Source: Chloracidobacterium sp. (lineage in GTDB: Bacteria > Acidobacteriota > Blastocatellia > Pyrinomonadales > Pyrinomonadaceae). From it: a DNA stretch of 32,383 bases. The notes below the pieces were generated by a model that was not told the DNA's origin, made no database searches, and saw only the letters and a list, made by a program, of their open reading frames with translations. This document shows, in pieces, positions 7,457 through 18,300 of this stretch. Made by a program: the position numbers and the translations under genes. The stretch lies in assembly GCA_043757775.1 (NCBI GenBank), contig JAYVOS010000074.1, positions 1 to 32,383 of the forward strand, given 5' to 3'. Within the stretch, counting starts at the first letter, position 1; each line of letters begins with the position of its first letter.

Positions 7457-10400
7457 ATGAGAATTCGATTTGTCGGTTCTGTAATCATCGCAGTGATGTT
7501 GGGCCTAATCTTCCTCTTTGGAGTAAGCCCAATTACATATGGACAAACACCCGATATCCAGCCATTGACGCTTGGCAAGCCAATCGAACGCACGCTAAAG
7601 AGCGACGAGTTTCACTCTTATACCCTGATATTGCAGGCCGGGCAATTTCTTAATGTAGTCGTCGAACAAAAAGGCATCGACGTTGTTGTTACACTCTTCG
7701 ATGCCAATAACAAAAAAACCGTGGAAGTGGATAGCCCGAACGGTACACAGGGGCCGGAGCCTATTTCAATAATTATTGAAACAACCGGGGCTTATCGTCT
7801 GGACGTGCGCTCACTGGATAAGACTGCTTCTGCCGGTAAATACGAAGTACAAATACTTGAGCAGCGCGCCGCAACCGATAAAGACAAAGATCGTATGGCC
7901 GCAATGGCCGGATTGGCCGAAAGTAATGAGTTGAGATCAAAAGGGACCGCCCAATCTTTGACTCTTGCGACACAAAAACTAGGTGCGGCATTGGCTCTGT
8001 TCAAAAAGATTGATGACGCCCCGCATCAGGGAGAAACGCTTTTTACATTGGGCGCGGTTTACTCGGATTTAGGCGATAGCCAAAAAGCTCTTGAAAATTA
8101 CAATCTCTCTTTAGAGATGTTCCGAAAGCTTGGCGACAAGCGATCCGAAGCTACCACACTAAATGACATTGGCGGTGTTTACTTGGAATTGGGTGTCGGT
8201 ACAACCGCTCTGGATTATCTTAACCCAGCCCTTGCACTACATCGAATCACGAAAAACCTGGATGGCGAGGCAACTACACTCTCAAATATAGCTGTGGCCT
8301 ACGAGTATTTGTCCGAAAACCAAAAGGCTATGGATGCAAACATTAATGCCCTCGAGATCGACAGGCAAATAAACGATAAATCCGGTGTCGGATTCATCTT
8401 AGCCAATATAGGTAAACTCCATTCGATTATGGGCGAGCAGCAAAAAGCCCTTGATGATTATGGCCAGTCCCTCCAGATTTTTGAGGAACTTGGTGACCGC
8501 CGCACAGAGTCCGGTGTTTTGAGCCATTTGGGCGGTATTTATCGGGATCTTGGTGAACTACAACGAGGTCTTGATTATTATAATCGAGCCATAACTATTG
8601 CTCATGAGATCGGTGATTCGGCACAGGAAGCAACGGCACTTGGGGGCAGTGGTATGATTTTTATACGGCTTGGTGAATTTCAAAAAGCTATTAATGTTAA
8701 TGAAAAAATACTAGGCATTTTTCGAACTCTTGGTGACAAACGATCGGAAACACAAGTATTGAATAATATCGGCCTAGCGTATTCACACCTCAAGGATTAT
8801 AGGAAAGCTCTCGAATATTACGCACATGCCCTGAGTCTTAACAAGGTTGCTGGTGACAAGTCACAAGAAGCAACCACTCTTGATAACATTGGACGGGTTC
8901 ATTCCTTAATGGGCGAAAGCCGGGCGGCGATTCAGTATTACTACCAGAGCCTGCCGCTGAGACGGGAAAGTAATGATAATAGCGGCGAAGCATTTTCGCT
9001 TGAGTACCTCGAATATGATTGGAACTTACTCCAGAACAAGCGTTACTCTGCATTTTTCGGAAAAAGAGCGGTTAATCAATATCAGTCGCTTAGAGCTAAT
9101 ATCTCAGGCCTTGATAAGGGTGTCCAGAAAACATTTCTGAATTCCGTTGAAAGTGTCTATCGGCGATTAGCATCGTCCTTGGTTGCACAGGGGCGGTCAA
9201 ATGAAGCTTTACAAATTCTTAATTTGTTTAAAGACCAACAGTATTTTGATTTTAAGTCTTCAAAACAAACCGCTCCAATAATATTTACCGAACGCGAGAC
9301 GAGATTGTCTGCGGAAATGGATACGAGAATTGAGGCAGTTGTGACAGCGAGTCGGGCGATTGAGGAATTCAGACGGTCGGTTGGGAAGCGAGAACCAACG
9401 GCTAATGAAGCGATACAAATCAAATCGATTGAGTCTAAAGTTGCGACCGCCAACTCCGATTATTGGGCTTTTCTCAAAAAAGCTGAGTTCGAGTTTACTG
9501 CACCGCTTGATGATAGAGACAGGGTTCCTGAGGTGGCGGATCTTGGGGCGATGCAGGCGGCGCTAAGAGAGACTTCTGCAAAGACGGGGCAAAAAACTGT
9601 TGCGGTATACACGCTTGTCGGTGATGACGGCTTTAGGACGCTGCTGGTAACGCCGGAGGGGATCAGGTCGTCGGCATATGCGATAAAAGGCAGAGATCTG
9701 AACGACAAGGCCCTACAGTTCTGGAAGCTGCTTCGCACGCCGAAATACGATCCCAGAGAGGCGGCGAACGAGCTTTACAGGATCGTGTTTGAACCACTTC
9801 TGGACAAGTTGCCGCGGGACACAAAGACGATACTCTGGTCATTGGACGGCAATCTTCGTTATGTGCCGATGGCGACGCTCTTTGACGGCAGGCAGTATCT
9901 GGTCGAGCGTTATCAGAACGTCGTGTTTACGAGAGCCGACAAGGAACAGATGACGCGGGATGTGAGCAATGGCGGGAGCGGGACAGGAATGGGCGGCAGC
10001 GAGGCTCACAAAGTAACGCTCAGCGGAGTGAATTTTAATGCAAGTGCATTGCCCTCCGTCAAGACGGAACTTAGTCGGATATTCAAGAAAGGAAACCGTG
10101 GTGTTTTAAATGGCGAGGTCCTGCTCGACAAGAGGTTTACAAAAGCCACAATGCTCGACGCGTTGAAAGCGAGAAAACCTCTTGTCCATATCGCCTCTCA
10201 TTTCCGGTTTGTGGCGGGGGATGAGGCAAATTCGTTCCTGCTGCTCGGCGACGGCACGCCGTTCACTCTGGACGAGATGAAGCAGCAGAAAGACTTGTTC
10301 GGCGGCGTCGCACTGCTTGCACTGTCCGCCTGCCAAACGGCAGCCCAGCGTCCCGACGCCAACGGCCGCGAGGTCGACGGCTTTGCAGAACTGGCCCAAA

Positions 10401-10726
10401 GGTTGGGTGCCGGCGCGGTGATGGCGTCGCTGTGGGAAGTGTCCGACAACAGCACAGCCGAATTGATGACCCGGTTTTATAAAAATTACACTAAAACCGG
10501 TGTAAACAAGGCAGAGGCGATCAGAAAGGCGCAACTCGCCCTACTGACAGGTGAATACAAAACAGCATCGTCGGCTAACCGGCAGTTGACGCAAGACGAC
10601 GCGGAAACTGGTACGAATATCAAGATCAATCCGGCAAAGCTCCGTTTGTACAAACCGAACCCCAACGCGCCTTTCGCACATCCGTTCTACTGGTCGCCGT
10701 TTATCCTCATCGGCAACTGGAAGTGA
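7457..10726 (+). CDS. Exported TPR-repeat / CHAT-domain (caspase-HetF-like) protease-family protein
   Basis: N-terminal signal/anchor (VIIAVMLGLIFLFGVSPITYGQ), then a beta-sandwich-like segment, then eight exact 40-aa TPR units. The C-terminal CHAT features are the HIASHFRF (His) and LLALSACQTA (Cys) dyad and the terminal HPFYWSPFILIGNW. Confidence 0.9.
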   Translation: MRIRFVGSVIIAVMLGLIFLFGVSPITYGQTPDIQPLTLGKPIERTLKSDEFHSYTLILQAGQFLNVVVEQKGIDVVVTLFDANNKKTVEVDSPNGTQGPEPISIIIETTGAYRLDVRSLDKTASAGKYEVQILEQRAATDKDKDRMAAMAGLAESNELRSKGTAQSLTLATQKLGAALALFKKIDDAPHQGETLFTLGAVYSDLGDSQKALENYNLSLEMFRKLGDKRSEATTLNDIGGVYLELGVGTTALDYLNPALALHRITKNLDGEATTLSNIAVAYEYLSENQKAMDANINALEIDRQINDKSGVGFILANIGKLHSIMGEQQKALDDYGQSLQIFEELGDRRTESGVLSHLGGIYRDLGELQRGLDYYNRAITIAHEIGDSAQEATALGGSGMIFIRLGEFQKAINVNEKILGIFRTLGDKRSETQVLNNIGLAYSHLKDYRKALEYYAHALSLNKVAGDKSQEATTLDNIGRVHSLMGESRAAIQYYYQSLPLRRESNDNSGEAFSLEYLEYDWNLLQNKRYSAFFGKRAVNQYQSLRANISGLDKGVQKTFLNSVESVYRRLASSLVAQGRSNEALQILNLFKDQQYFDFKSSKQTAPIIFTERETRLSAEMDTRIEAVVTASRAIEEFRRSVGKREPTANEAIQIKSIESKVATANSDYWAFLKKAEFEFTAPLDDRDRVPEVADLGAMQAALRETSAKTGQKTVAVYTLVGDDGFRTLLVTPEGIRSSAYAIKGRDLNDKALQFWKLLRTPKYDPREAANELYRIVFEPLLDKLPRDTKTILWSLDGNLRYVPMATLFDGRQYLVERYQNVVFTRADKEQMTRDVSNGGSGTGMGGSEAHKVTLSGVNFNASALPSVKTELSRIFKKGNRGVLNGEVLLDKRFTKATMLDALKARKPLVHIASHFRFVAGDEANSFLLLGDGTPFTLDEMKQQKDLFGGVALLALSACQTAAQRPDANGREVDGFAELAQRLGAGAVMASLWEVSDNSTAELMTRFYKNYTKTGVNKAEAIRKAQLALLTGEYKTASSANRQLTQDDAETGTNIKINPAKLRLYKPNPNAPFAHPFYWSPFILIGNWK
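8069..9028 (+). repeat. Eight in-frame 120-nt tandem coding repeats (40-aa TPR units) inside the CHAT gene
   Basis: Units begin LGDSQKAL, LGVGTTAL, LSENQKAM, MGEQQKAL, LGELQRGL, LGEFQKAI, LKDYRKAL and MGESRAAI. Phase checked at 8069 and 8189. CTTGGTGACAAxCGATCxGAA recurs at the DNA level. Confidence 0.8.
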
Positions 10727-10730
10727 ATAT

Positions 10731-11585
10731 CTATTGAGGCCATTCGCCGGAATATGAGAGGTCGGCACGGCCGGTGAGGAGGATCTCGTCATCGTCACGC
10801 CAGAGGACGTCGGTCGTGCCACCCTCGGAATGGACCATGACCTTGCGGTCGGTTTTTAACATAAATGCCGAGAGGACAGCGGCTCCGGCTGAGCATGTGC
10901 CTGAGGCTGACGTTTCACCGGCACCGCGTTCCCAGATGCGGAGCTCGATATTTTCGCGGTCGTCGATCTTTACAAAGACGATATTGGCACGCTCGGGAAA
11001 TTTCTCGTGCGTTTCCATCGCCTTGCCTACTGCTCGCCAGTCGAAATTGAAATTTTCGACAAAGATACATGCAACCGGATTACCGACATTGACGGCGGAA
11101 AACGCATAGTGGCGCCCATCGACGATGATCGGTTCGTTGATGACATGATCACGACGAGTCTCGGTCAGAACGGGAACCTCTTCGCTGGCAAATCGGGGCT
11201 TGCCGATCTCGGCCTCGAACCAAAATTCGCCGTCACCTTTGCGCGTCATCAAGTGATAATTCTTTACACCGCTGCGCGTCCGCAGGCGAAGATCAGTGTC
11301 CGTCCAGATGTCTTTGTAATGCAGATACGCGACAGCGCAGCGTGTACCGTTACCCGAAAATCCGACGATGCTGCCGTCCGGATTAACGATCTCGCAATGA
11401 TAATCAGCTTCGATGTCGTCGAGCTTTTCCAGCACGGCGATCCCGTCCGAACCGGCTCCGGTATTACGGTGGCACATGGCTATCGCTAATTGATCAAGCG
11501 GTAGCGAATCGGGAATATCTTCTCGCTCAATGACTATATAGTCATTGCCAAAGCCCTGAAATTTGCTGAATGGAATAGCGGTCAT
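10731..11585 (-). CDS. dapF: Diaminopimelate epimerase
   Basis: FSKFQGFGNDYIVIE N-terminus, GNGTRC (first catalytic Cys) and ASGTCSAGAA (second Cys), 284 aa. Confidence 0.93.
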   Translation of the reverse strand: MTAIPFSKFQGFGNDYIVIEREDIPDSLPLDQLAIAMCHRNTGAGSDGIAVLEKLDDIEADYHCEIVNPDGSIVGFSGNGTRCAVAYLHYKDIWTDTDLRLRTRSGVKNYHLMTRKGDGEFWFEAEIGKPRFASEEVPVLTETRRDHVINEPIIVDGRHYAFSAVNVGNPVACIFVENFNFDWRAVGKAMETHEKFPERANIVFVKIDDRENIELRIWERGAGETSASGTCSAGAAVLSAFMLKTDRKVMVHSEGGTTDVLWRDDDEILLTGRADLSYSGEWPQ

Positions 11586-11941
11586 GGGATCTTTTTAATG
11601 CTTACGATAGTCTCGGCGGGATGTTTGTATTCGACAACAAACTCGACACTATCGCCGACCTTTAGGCCGTCAAGTATTGCCTTATCTTTGACATAAAACT
11701 CCATTGTCATCGGCGGCATCAGACCGACGATCTCTTCGTGGTTAAGCTCGACCGAACCGATCTTGAGATCGATCTTTGTCACCTTACCCTTGCCGGAATA
11801 ATTGCCATCTTTTGGCACCGTAACCGTCGGTTTTGTCTGTGCGGGCACGGCAGCATTTGGAGGAGGCACGGCATTATTGCTTATCGACTGCTGCCCGCCG
11901 CAGGCTGCTAAGCAGAGCACAAATACGTAGAAGATCTTCAT
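11582..11941 (-). CDS. CusF-like periplasmic copper/silver-binding lipoprotein
   Basis: Lipobox LCLAACGG. GKGKVTKIDLKIGSVELNHEEIVGLMPPMTMEFYV...GDSVEFVV fits the CusF/copper-binding fold pattern. Its stop overlaps the dapF start (ATGA). Confidence 0.65.
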   Translation of the reverse strand: MKIFYVFVLCLAACGGQQSISNNAVPPPNAAVPAQTKPTVTVPKDGNYSGKGKVTKIDLKIGSVELNHEEIVGLMPPMTMEFYVKDKAILDGLKVGDSVEFVVEYKHPAETIVSIKKIP

Positions 11942-12001
11942 AAATTGGAATTTAATATAACTTTAGTGACTGGAGAAGGGGCAAAGTTAAGAATGTAGAA
12001 T

Positions 12002-13048
<1,047 letters not shown>

Positions 13049-13177
13049 AATTTCGATTATATTATTAAGGTCACAAATTCACGCATCTGAAATTAGTAGT
13101 TTAGCGAATTACAGCATTAAGCGGAATTAAATTGCACACAATTGGATGCGGGATTTCGAAAATCAGGCGATCTAGTT

Positions 13178-14020
13178 ATGAATTTTGAGACAAACAAGGA
13201 TGTTTTGGATTGGTACGAGCGGCAGGAGCGTGTTCTGACACCCGAATTTATCAGCGATATACCCTGGAAAAAGGTCAAAGATCACCCTGTCGATGAAAAA
13301 CTCATCCCCGTGCTGTTATACATGCGTGATGTCGAGACGCTCACAGATATGTACCACCGCGAGCTACTCCGCACGCCGACTGGCAAAGATCCGCACATCA
13401 GTAAGTTTATGGAACGTTGGGGGATCGAAGAGATCACACACGGCGAGGTCCTAAATAGATTCCTTAACGAGATCGGTGTCGAGACCGATGACAAATGGCA
13501 GACGCAGGTGAGAAACGAAGTTTCGACCAGCTACAACACCATCTCATATCTAATGATGGTCTTGACCAATCTGATAGGCAAAAAATTTACAGCAACGCAC
13601 ATGACATTCGGAGCGATCCACGAAATGGAAGCTGCCCAAGGCTACCGTCGCCTGATCGCCCTCGCCGAACATCCCGTGCTGACATACATTGTAAATGGCA
13701 TCATTCGCGAAGAGGCCGTTCACGCACAGTTTTACCGCAGCGTAGCCCGGATCGAATTAGAAAATAACGAGTTTGCTCAGAAAATGGCAAGATGGGTGAT
13801 TGAGCATTTCTGGGCGCCGGTCGGGCAAGGCTCTTTGGCAAAAGAGCGGACCGAATATACGATCGCGACATTATTTGCCGCCGACCATGCTATCGAGGGA
13901 CTCGACAAGACCGTGACCCAAAGAGTGCGTCTGCTACCCGGCTTTGACGGTATAACTAAGATCACCGACACCATTGGTGAGATGGCCGGACACCCATTGC
14001 TGAAGTTTGAAGCCGCCTAA
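13178..14020 (+). CDS. Ferritin-like di-iron carboxylate protein (acyl-ACP desaturase-like)
   Basis: Two EXXH motifs (WGIEEITHGE, IIREEAVHAQ) with helical spacing typical of di-iron oxygenases/desaturases. The ORF opens at TTG 13142 and the first ATG is at 13178. Confidence 0.55.
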   Translation: MNFETNKDVLDWYERQERVLTPEFISDIPWKKVKDHPVDEKLIPVLLYMRDVETLTDMYHRELLRTPTGKDPHISKFMERWGIEEITHGEVLNRFLNEIGVETDDKWQTQVRNEVSTSYNTISYLMMVLTNLIGKKFTATHMTFGAIHEMEAAQGYRRLIALAEHPVLTYIVNGIIREEAVHAQFYRSVARIELENNEFAQKMARWVIEHFWAPVGQGSLAKERTEYTIATLFAADHAIEGLDKTVTQRVRLLPGFDGITKITDTIGEMAGHPLLKFEAA

Positions 14021-14976
14021 TTCGACCGGTAAAACTCAACTCCGCTGCTCGTTTCAACCCCAATCTTCCCTTCCGAATCGGCATAGTCGAGGTGAGCTAT
14101 TGACTCAGAAATAGCCAGGAAACGATGAACATCGTGATCAAACGAATCAGGAAACAGCCTCTTTGCTATTTCGTAAGCAGTTACACCGTCACCTGAAACC
14201 AGTCCGACCACCTTTTTCTGCCGGTCGTCTATCGCACGGACATATCTGTGAAATATCTCTTCGAAATCCGTGACTGGTTCCCCGTGTCCACCGTAAGCAA
14301 GCGTTGGCGAAAAACTGCGAAGTCGTGCGAGACTGACCAAGTATTCGGCAAGCGAAGGAAAACGCTTTGACTGATCGACCGGGTCGGGCGAGAGTATCGG
14401 GTTTGGCGTGATGCGTTTTAGTATGCAATCGCCGCAGATCAATGTCCGGTCGGCTTCGCGAACGAACGAACACGAACCGGGCGTGTGTCCCGGCGTGTGC
14501 AGGACACGCAAAGAGCCGCCGTCAAACTCAAGCTCCATATCATCGTGCAGCGGCTTGAAATCGCTCTCTTCGAGCGAATCAGTTAGTAAGCTGATGTCCT
14601 CGTATAAGGACTGCATCTCACCAAACACCTTTTCCGGCACTCCGGATCGCATCATCAACTGCCGATGATCTTCGTGAGCGAGCCTTCCAAACAGATGCCC
14701 GGTTTCCCATTCGTGTATCAATATCTCGGCATTTTTCGCTTCGTCGCGGATCTGTTTCGCCAGCCCGCAATGGTCTTCGTGAGCGTGCGTGAGGACGATC
14801 CTTTGAATATCGGCAAACTTGATGCCGTGCTGCCCGAGCTTTTGCCTGAGAGCTGCTGCTGCCTCAGGCGTTTTCGGCCCGACATCTATCAAGGTCAGCG
14901 GATCTTCTTTGACCAGATAGACATTGACATCACCGACATAAAACGGCGTCGGTATCGAAAGTGGTATGATATTCAT
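14017..14976 (-). CDS. MBL-fold metallo-hydrolase
   Basis: The LTHAHEDHCG (HxHxDH) motif plus a downstream HTPGHTPGS. 319 aa. Confidence 0.9.
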   Translation of the reverse strand: MNIIPLSIPTPFYVGDVNVYLVKEDPLTLIDVGPKTPEAAAALRQKLGQHGIKFADIQRIVLTHAHEDHCGLAKQIRDEAKNAEILIHEWETGHLFGRLAHEDHRQLMMRSGVPEKVFGEMQSLYEDISLLTDSLEESDFKPLHDDMELEFDGGSLRVLHTPGHTPGSCSFVREADRTLICGDCILKRITPNPILSPDPVDQSKRFPSLAEYLVSLARLRSFSPTLAYGGHGEPVTDFEEIFHRYVRAIDDRQKKVVGLVSGDGVTAYEIAKRLFPDSFDHDVHRFLAISESIAHLDYADSEGKIGVETSSGVEFYRSN

Positions 14977-15375
14977 ATAAAAACCAAGACGATCCTGAAA
15001 GGAAATATATTACCAAACCTGTAGGTTTTCAGCTTGTACGAGCAGAGAAGAATCTCTCAGGTTCGATTAGCAATAACATGCCAAGTTGAAACAATTTTAA
15101 AACTTATCGAGTATAATTGGGCAAACCAGTTAATTTGGGACTATAATTACAAAATTATTACATTTTTACTTGCCTTAATTTGGTTTTTGGGGTAAAAAGT
15201 TCAAAGCAATTCATTTCCGTTTAAATATCCGTAGGGAAAAGATAGGAACAGCGTTTAATTTTCAAGCTGAGCTTTCGGAAACCACGTGAAGCATCGATGT
15301 AGATTCTTTAGGTTGATCTTCCCAGATTTTTCGACAGAATTTTTTAATGTATCAAAAGTGCGAAGGAGAAAAATA

Positions 15376-18300
15376 ATGAGAGTATTTTCGTCCAAGATTT
15401 CAACGATCTTGCTTGCCATAGTCGCCACGGCTTTTATGGCTCTGTCAGTGATGGGACAATCCCAGTCAGCCGCCGCTGACCTTTCCGGAACGGTAATCGA
15501 TCCGACCGGTGCGGTGGTTGCAGGGGCGACCGTCCATGCCAAAGGCATCGGCAACGGTATTACCCGAACTGTCACATCAAACGCCGAAGGCAATTATCAG
15601 TTTATCAGCCTGCCTCCGGGAGAATACGAAATTTCTGCCGAAGCAGCTACTTTCAAAAAGGTTGTTATTTCGCCCGTCAGGCTCACTGTCGGACAGAGTG
15701 CTGATCTGACTATCAAGCTCGAAATTGGAGCAGCCAATGTGGTCGTCAATGTCACCGGCGATGATGTTCAACTCGTCGAGACCACTCGTTCGACCGTATC
15801 AAACACGATCGATCAGGAAAGGATCAATAATCTCCCGATCAACGAACGCAGTGCAACAGGTTTTGCATTGACGCTCTCGACCGTTGGGCGTGATAACGGA
15901 CGCCCCATCGGCCCGGCTCCGACCTCAGGCCTCAACATCGGCGGACAACGCGGACGTTCAACGCAAGTAAATGTGGACGGTGCTGACTTCACGGATAATT
16001 CGATCAACGCATCCCGCACAACAGTTTCGATGGAAGCCGTTCAGGAGTATCAAGTCGCGACAAACTCATACACAGCCGAGTTTGGCCGTGCTACAGGCGG
16101 TGTCGTTAATGTCGTCACTAAACGTGGTACAAATGATTTTCGTGGTAATGTTTTCGGATTTATCCGCGACAAGAGCATCCAGGCTCGCAATGCTTTCTCG
16201 CCTGTTGCCAATCCCGCTTTTCGCAGAACACAATATGGCGCAACGCTCGGCGGCCCGATCGTTAAAGACAAGACTCATTTCTTTGCAGCTTACGAAGGCC
16301 GTCATCGTGACGAGTCAGGATTCTTCACTTCTAATGTAGTTGGCAACCTAACATCGTCTGTTACTATTGGGGTGATTCCAGGATTAAACCCAACAGCACA
16401 AACATTTAATAACTTAACCGCTGCTCAGGCATCTGCGATCAACGCTTTGATCACAGCCGGCGGTGCCGCTAATATATGTGGTGCCCGTGCTTATGCATTC
16501 TTTGCATCAAGCGGCGGACAAACGGCATTGACAGGCACGAATCCTTTGTCCAGCCCAAACGACGGTAGTGGCTGTCCGGCTATTTCGCCTATCGGTCCCG
16601 GAGCCATCGGATCCCGCTTTATTCTTTCATCGGCTCTGGTGCCGACTGGAACAACCAACTCCGCGGGTCAGTTCATAGCCTTTCGACCGCTCAATAATCT
16701 ACAAAAGATTTTCCCGGTCACCGACCGTTCTAATTTCTTCACAACCCGTATCGATCAAAATATTAATGCAAATAACCAGTTGAACGTCCGTTTTGGTTAT
16801 AACACCGGTAATGTGACGGGTATTCAGGTTGAGTCGCAAAACCAGTCGCTGGGCCAAAACGACTTTTCACGAACGGGTATCACTAATATCAAAGACACCT
16901 CGTTCAACGTCGGCTTGACCACCACGCTTAACAGTTCGATGGCAAACGATTTCCGATACAGCTTTGGCAGACGTAATACGACTTTCAAATCACAGAACGG
17001 CGATGCTGTCGCTTTCAACATTTCGGGAACGGCATTTATCGGACGTGAACTTTTCTCGCCAGTAGCCCGTGTCGAAAACCGAAATCAGTTTGTTGACAGC
17101 TTTAATTGGGTTGTCGGAAACCACACACTGAAATTCGGCGGAGATCTAAACTTTGTTAAGATCCCAACGGCCCATTTTGAGTTAAATTTTGCAGCTCTTT
17201 TTAACTTCGGCGATTTTGCCGCATCTAATCTTAACCCGGCATTTGCAGGTTTACCGGCATTTACACCGGTTCAGAGCTATGGCCTTGGCCTGCCATCAAC
17301 CTATGTCCAGGGGTTTGGCAATCCTGACAGTACGATCAAAAATACACCGATCGCTTTTTTTGGACAGGATTCGTGGCGGGTCACACCGCGTCTGACGGTA
17401 AATTACGGTATTCGTTATGACGTCGAATTGACCCAGACGATCGCTCCGGTCGGCATCAAAGATCCGCTCACAGGCATAACTTTGTCGGCAAGCGACATCC
17501 TTGCAGCTCAGGACGCTGTCGGGGTTCAGCAGGGTATTCCCCGCGACAAAAATAACTGGGCTCCGCGTCTTGGTTTTGCGTATGACATTATGGGCAATGG
17601 CAAAACTGTTATCCGCGGATCTTTTGGTCTGTATTATGACCATCCGCTACTGGCAGTTGCATTTAACTCCGACATCGCCGACTCGTCACAGCAGCAACAG
17701 GCAGTGTTGACAGCCGGTAGCCCCGTGCCATCTAACACAAATCTGTTAAATGCCGCATTAGTATTTCACGGAACGGTTTGCGGTAATTCAGGTTCAAATG
17801 CGGCTCTTTGTGCTGCTTTTGGCAGCCCCACCACTCCTGGTGTAGCAACAACAGCACAGTACCAGTTTGGCCGTCAGCGTTTTAACGACCAGACCTATAC
17901 AGGATTTGGAGCTGTCCTGCCATTCTCATTGCCGATCGCAAAAAACTTTGAATATGCCTCGGCAACTCAGGCAAATTTCTCGGTGGAACGCCAATTGACA
18001 AAAGATATGTCGCTGTCCGCTACATACATTTACGTTGGTGCCCATCATTTGCCGCATCCGACCGATCTTAACACGCCAAATACTTCGTTGCAGATCCAAA
18101 ACTACCAGCGCTACAACGGCGGAGCTTCGCCGACCTCGACACAGCAGGTTGCTACGGTGTCAATCGCTAGTACCGCTCCGGGAACAGCGACGGGCGTCGG
18201 TTGTGTTGTTGTAATACCGGGAATGGTCGCACAATGTCCGACGGGACGTGTCGTCAATCCGGCGATCGCCAATTTCTTCCGTCCAAATGCCCCCAACTAT

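Noticed and set aside
10106-11489. Antisense and alternative-frame ORFs lie inside the CHAT 3' region and dapF (10106..10534, 10541..10822, 11007..11489).
   Set aside because: They are overlapped by genes with strong family motifs, and their composition is typical of off-frame GC-rich translation.
15025-15375. The 350-bp AT-rich divergent region upstream of the receptor gene has two TATAAT boxes (15112-15117, 15142-15147).
   Set aside because: The candidate -35 elements sit at 19-20-nt spacing, so no convincing promoter could be assigned by eye. No riboswitch-like conserved structure was recognised.
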